From Oikopleura dioica (lineage: Eukaryota > Animalia > Chordata): DNA of 64,000 nt. The notes under the pieces are model-generated. The model made no database searches, was not told the origin of the DNA, and worked only from the letters and a program-made list of their open reading frames with translations. The position numbers and the translations under genes were made by a program. This document shows positions 59,270 through 64,000 of the stretch, in pieces; the stretch's first letter is position 1, and every line of letters begins with the position of its first letter. The stretch spans positions 248,001 through 312,000 of the forward strand of contig OU015566.1 in assembly GCA_907165135.1 (NCBI GenBank). The letters run 5' to 3'.

Positions 59270-62200
59270 ATGTCTTCCTTCTTTAGTGATCTTTATTCTG
59301 GTGCTATTTCGTGGAAGAATAAAGCGTTCCGCCTGGTTTTTGAGCGATTCGAGCAAGTGCGATACTCGGCTCTTCGCATAAAACACATCGCAAACAATTC
59401 GATCGTCTTGCCTTCCCGTTCAGATGTTGAGTCAGATTTAAACGACTGCGGCGCAAAAATTTTGGACTCCAACAAATCATCGTTAAAAGAAAAAGTTATC
59501 TCAGAGTGTTTGCTAGCGATTCATGATTGTATTCGAATGAATGATTATCCATGTGATGTATTTACAGTTGAAACGTATGATGGGTTTTTGGTTGAAATTC
59601 ATCGACTCAGAAATGTGGGAAAACCAGCAGTGCTCCTTCAACATGGGATTCTTGGAGATTCGGGTCATTGGGTTTCTGCCGGACCAGAACATGGGCTCGG
59701 TAAGTTCAAAAATTAAATTATTTTCGACTTCAAATAATCTCCCTAAAGGAGTAAAAATTTTAACTGCGTTTTTAAGCGTATCGACTTTTCGATGAAGGCT
59801 ACGATGTTTATCTTGGAAATTCTCGAGGCAACAATTACAGTCGTCGTCATAAGGATCTCTGCCACAGAGTTCGAAATCAGGCAGAAATTCGCTCATGCTC
59901 CTAAAATAAGAAGCTCCTTGTTTGATAATCAAATAGATCAAGCACTGCCATCAAATACAGTTGTAATTATGGAAGTTCTGGATAATTTTTTTCGCCTTAT
60001 TTGCTCAAAAATGTCCCAAATTTCGATACATGGCCCCGAAAAAAATGTTCCACCCAAGTCGCTTAAAATTTTTGTCAGCAGCTAAAAAATGATTATTTTT
60101 TTGAGAAAGAACTCGATTTATTTTGATGTACAAAATTTTCATAAAATCTGTATTGCTTAAAATCCTACAAATACGAATTTTATCAATAATTTTAAAATCA
60201 AACTTTAACATTTTAATTGCTTAAATCATTTAGATGAGACATTGTTATTATCCAAGAGGAAAATTAAAGTCTCTTTCGGATGAAAAGTTTTGATTCTTTA
60301 TACATATATTTCAGATTTTAGACCAAAAATTGAAAGTGTTAAAAAATATGAGAATGATCATTTTCATAGCATTTATTCAGAATTCCAAAGCGAATAAAAA
60401 CAGAAATTGATCTTCCATAACTGTTTTTGCAATTGTTTCTCTAATTTGAAGTTAAATTGGGAGCTCCTTATTTGGGGGGTACTGAATTGTGCCGCCCTGC
60501 ATCGCCCGGTCCGAAACCATCCGGCTCTCATCCGACCCAACTATGAGTCATAGTCTATGACCTAGGAAACTGTTCTGAACAAGAGCTAGGGTTGAGTCTT
60601 CGAAGTGGATGGCTTCATCCGATGCTCAAACCTAAACCCAAATCCGCACCTCAATCCAAATCGAAGCTAAAACCCAAATCCGGGCCCTAACCAAGAACCC
60701 AAAAACAAACCAAAATGGTGCATTTGGCAGGTGGGGTCAGCAATAACATTTTGGCCGGCTAAGGTTTAGTAAACTTTCAGTGACAACATCATCGTTGCCT
60801 GATTATTATAAAGAGGTGATCAAGAAAGTATAAATAGGCATTCGTTTAAATGATAGAGCTAGACGTTTATGTTTTCTTCTTCGAAAATCTTCGGAATCAA
60901 AGATTAATAAATTCTTAGGAAATTATAAAACTAAATCTAGGTAAATTTTTTGGCATTTATTTTATTTCGAATAACAGAAGAGACCTTCAAAAATAAATCG
61001 AATCGAAAAACGTCTCTTCTAATATAATCTGTGCCGTATCCCAATTAATCGTTATGCAGCATAGTCTCTGGTCATAATCTGAGATAAATACATTTTGCTG
61101 AAATTATTGAAATCAAACTAGATGTAATTTTGGCCATATTTTTGCATATTGTTTTAAAAGAGACGTTTATAAATATATCTAGCAGAAAAAACGTCTCTTC
61201 TAAAGAAAATACTAAAAAGAAAGCGTTTCCCATTTTTCGGTGGGCAGATAAGATTCTAGACTAAAAATTGTTGATTTTCAAAAAATTTTTTTAAATTGGG
61301 AGCTCCCAATTTACTCAATGCTTCGGAAACCTCAGCTCCTGCTCCCAAAAAAGGCAATTTTGATATGAATATGTCAGAATAACTAAGTTGACATAAAAAT
61401 CAAAATACCCGCTTTTGAAAGACAAAATATCTTCGAATCCGGCGAGACCGGGCGACGCTAGGCGGTGCACGGCGGCACAATTCAGTGGTCCCCCTTATTT
61501 ACCTCTCCTAGATTACGAACTCTGTTCGGCCCAGACAAGGATCGGGAATTTTGGCGGTGGACCTTCAACGATGTTGCAAAGTTTGAGATTCCGGCGATGA
61601 TTAAAAAAATCTGCAAGATTGCGAAGCAAGATAAGATCTGGTACATCGCGCACAGCCAAGGAACGTTGTTGATGTTTGTAAACCAAGAAGGCGAAGACCA
61701 GGAGACGAAGAAAAGACTTCATGGAATCATTGCTCTCGCTCCGATTTTGTCATTGAAAAATGTCAAGGGCGCCTGGAAATCTTTGATCAGTCATTCAAAA
61801 TCATTTATGAAAAATGGAGTCACTCAAAAATACTTGGATTGCGAGTTTTTACAGGAAGAGTTGTTTTTTTTTATTATTGCCTTTAATTTGGGTAAAACCA
61901 GTTTTTGGAAAATTTAATTTTGGAGAAGTTAGTAGAGAAACGATTAGTGAGGATAAAATAATTTAGGAACAATTAGTGGGGATAAAACTATTTTGAAACG
62001 AGTAATTTGGGAAGAACTAATTTTTGAAATGATTTTATGGAGAAGGGTTTTGATTGGCCGGTAGGCCAAATACGGCAATCTTATTGGTCATCCAAAAATG
62101 GTCTTTAGAGATTTGGATTTCCAATATAGGTCGGTCCTAGATCATTTTATAAAAATTAATCGTTTAAGAATTCATTTTTCCTTAATTAATCGTTTCAAAA

Positions 62201-64000
62201 CTCATTTCTCCAAAATTAAATTTTCCGAAAATTGTTTTAGACCTTTAATTTAACGTGGTTATGAATATTTTGATTTTTTGATCCTGTTTTTAGCTCCGAA
62301 ATATGAAAGCAGAATAATTATACTTTATCCAGGTCGGGATAATCCGAGTCAGCAGTATTTTATAAGTTTTAAAGAAAGCTCAGACGCTGGGCTTTCCAAC
62401 GCGCCTATTTTTGAGCCATTTCGAGTGAACCCCGACGCCCAAAAAACCGATGGAACAGTTCAAGTGCCTAATTCGGAACTTCAGGTCTCATAAATTGCCT
62501 TGCGGGCATGACCCACACCAGTAGATATTGTGCCCAAATAAACGCTCAGCTTCTGGGCTTTCTAAAACTGTATCATAAGACCCCTAAACAAAGCAAGAAA
62601 AATGGGCCAAATTTTCATCTTTTAACCCTACGGATACCCGACCAAAAAAAAGGACCTGAATGGAAAAATTTAAGGCTTAGCTATCTTCTGGACATGATCA
62701 AATTTTAAATATCAAATGTCAAATGTGAACAAATATCGTTTTTCGATATGCGGGTAGGGGTTAAGATGGATAACCACTGTAGTAAATAACCTTTCAGTTG
62801 AATTTTCTGTCTGAAATTTCCGGAATTGTACGCTCACAAAATTTTTCCGAGTTCCCTCAAATCTCCGGAATTGTCCATTTTGCTTGAGTCATATCTAATT
62901 ATATGATGTACTCAAATTTAGATTATTCTTGAAACAATATGTAAAGATTTTAAAAAAATAGTTTCAACTCAAACTGAAGGGAACAAAACTTGCCCGATAT
63001 CTCACTAAAATCGGCAAAAATTCTCCATTGATTCTGAAAGCATGGGGTACGGGCATCGCTCAAGAATTCGCGTCTCACTATGTCAACTTCAACCACAGGC
63101 GATATGTGCAAGAGAGATTGCCTGTGTTTCTTTCACATTCTCCTTCTGGAACAAGTCTGAGGAATGTTGTTCATTTCGGCCAGAATATTGGTAAAAAAAG
63201 GATGGCGAAACTCGACTATGGACCAAAAGGGAATCAATTGGTAAGATTCATATCGCGGACATCCCCAACGGGTTTTTCCAAAATTGTCTCGGAGGAACCG
63301 TATACCCTTGCATAGATATTGACCAAAGCATGAACAAAAGCGATTTTTCGACAAAAAGACGGCTTCGTGTATGATACACTTTCTGACATTTTTGATTTGA
63401 CTCGATATTGACTGAAAAATATCACTTTCTCTGAAAAAGGAAAAACGTTTCTTTAAAAACCTACTCGTGGGTCGATATCCGTACAGAGAGAGCAAAAAAA
63501 TCAGTTTTATCGATTTTTTTCTAATAGACATCTTTTTGGTAACTTCAGAAATCCCCAATTATAGCATGGTTCAGGTAACGGTTCCGGTTAAATAGCGACA
63601 GGACGTTGTTGCCAAGAATTGGAAGATCATTTTTACCTCGACCTTTTTTAGTTTATCTCATTTTTGATCTAGAAGGCCCCAACATCGTGCGCAATCAATT
63701 GGTCATTATTTTCTTCAGGAGTACAACAAGGATAGTCCTCCTTTCTATGACTGGTCAAAAATCGACCTGCCTATCCATCTTTTCGTCGGAAGTTCCGATT
63801 GGATTGCAACCGTTAAAGATGTTCAGCAAACGCGACCAAATCTACGAAATTCTACTTTAACAATTATTGAAGACTTCGATCATCTCGACTTTATCTGGGG
63901 AAAAACAGCAAAAGAAGATTTGCATCCAAAAATCATTCAGATTCTTAAAAAGGTGGCGGGCGGCTCTGTTTGCCATTTTGCGAAAGGCGTTCGCAAATTA
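59270..64000 (+). CDS. Acid lipase (lysosomal/gastric lipase family), 3' end beyond the window. Exons 59270-59699, 59777-~59856, ~61525-~61860, possible ~62484-62565, ~63040-63240, 63719-64000
   Basis: VETYDGF, LLQHGILG, GYDVYLGNSRGNNYS, AHSQG (catalytic Ser), HSPSGTS, SDWIA (Asp), DHLDFIWG (His). Confidence 0.92.
59865..61524. mobile_element. hAT-type TIR element occupying a lipase intron
   Basis: TIR CAGAGTTCGAAATC / GATTACGAACTCTG (1 mismatch); degenerate 8-bp TSD CTCTGCCA / TTCGGCCC. Confidence 0.8.
60474..61493. mobile_element. Nested TIR element inside 59865-61524
   Basis: ACTGAATTGTGCCGCC...TCGCCCGGTC at the left and its reverse complement at ~61446-61487; flanking duplication CTTATTT. 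Confidence 0.7.

Overview
AT-rich eukaryotic genomic DNA with very short GT-AG introns (38-61 nt). The intron size and gene families suggest a larvacean tunicate such as Oikopleura; this is an inference. Host genes are a beta-1,3-glycosyltransferase (GT31, 2381-10502 +), a Sulfotransfer_2-family carbohydrate sulfotransferase (51599-53280 -) and an acid lipase (59270 to the window end, +). The centre (~27.9-47.8 kb) is a Maverick/Polinton with pPolB, a candidate terminal protein, packaging ATPase, rve integrase, adenain-like protease, major and probable minor capsid proteins, a basic core protein and many accessory genes. Its apparent frameshifts resolve into about 20 short spliceosomal introns: by hand, pPolB splices through 6 introns to an uninterrupted 1232-aa ORF and MCP through 2 to 407 aa. 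Accessory genes include four small single-pass membrane proteins, a RING protein, a protein with tandem TPxK + KRxLF modules, and two paralog families. No terminal inverted repeats were found for this element. Other highlights are three hAT-type TIR elements inserted in coding exons of host genes that appear to be spliced out (introner-like), a 2.8-kb hAT-type element with a perfect 8-bp TSD carrying a two-exon EF-hand gene, a 5-kb hAT element with an intron-containing transposase bearing one stop, a CSTF2/alpha-tubulin chimeric fragment locus, a 147-bp satellite ending in a foldback, and many MITEs. All exon models were derived by eye and need RNA-seq confirmation.
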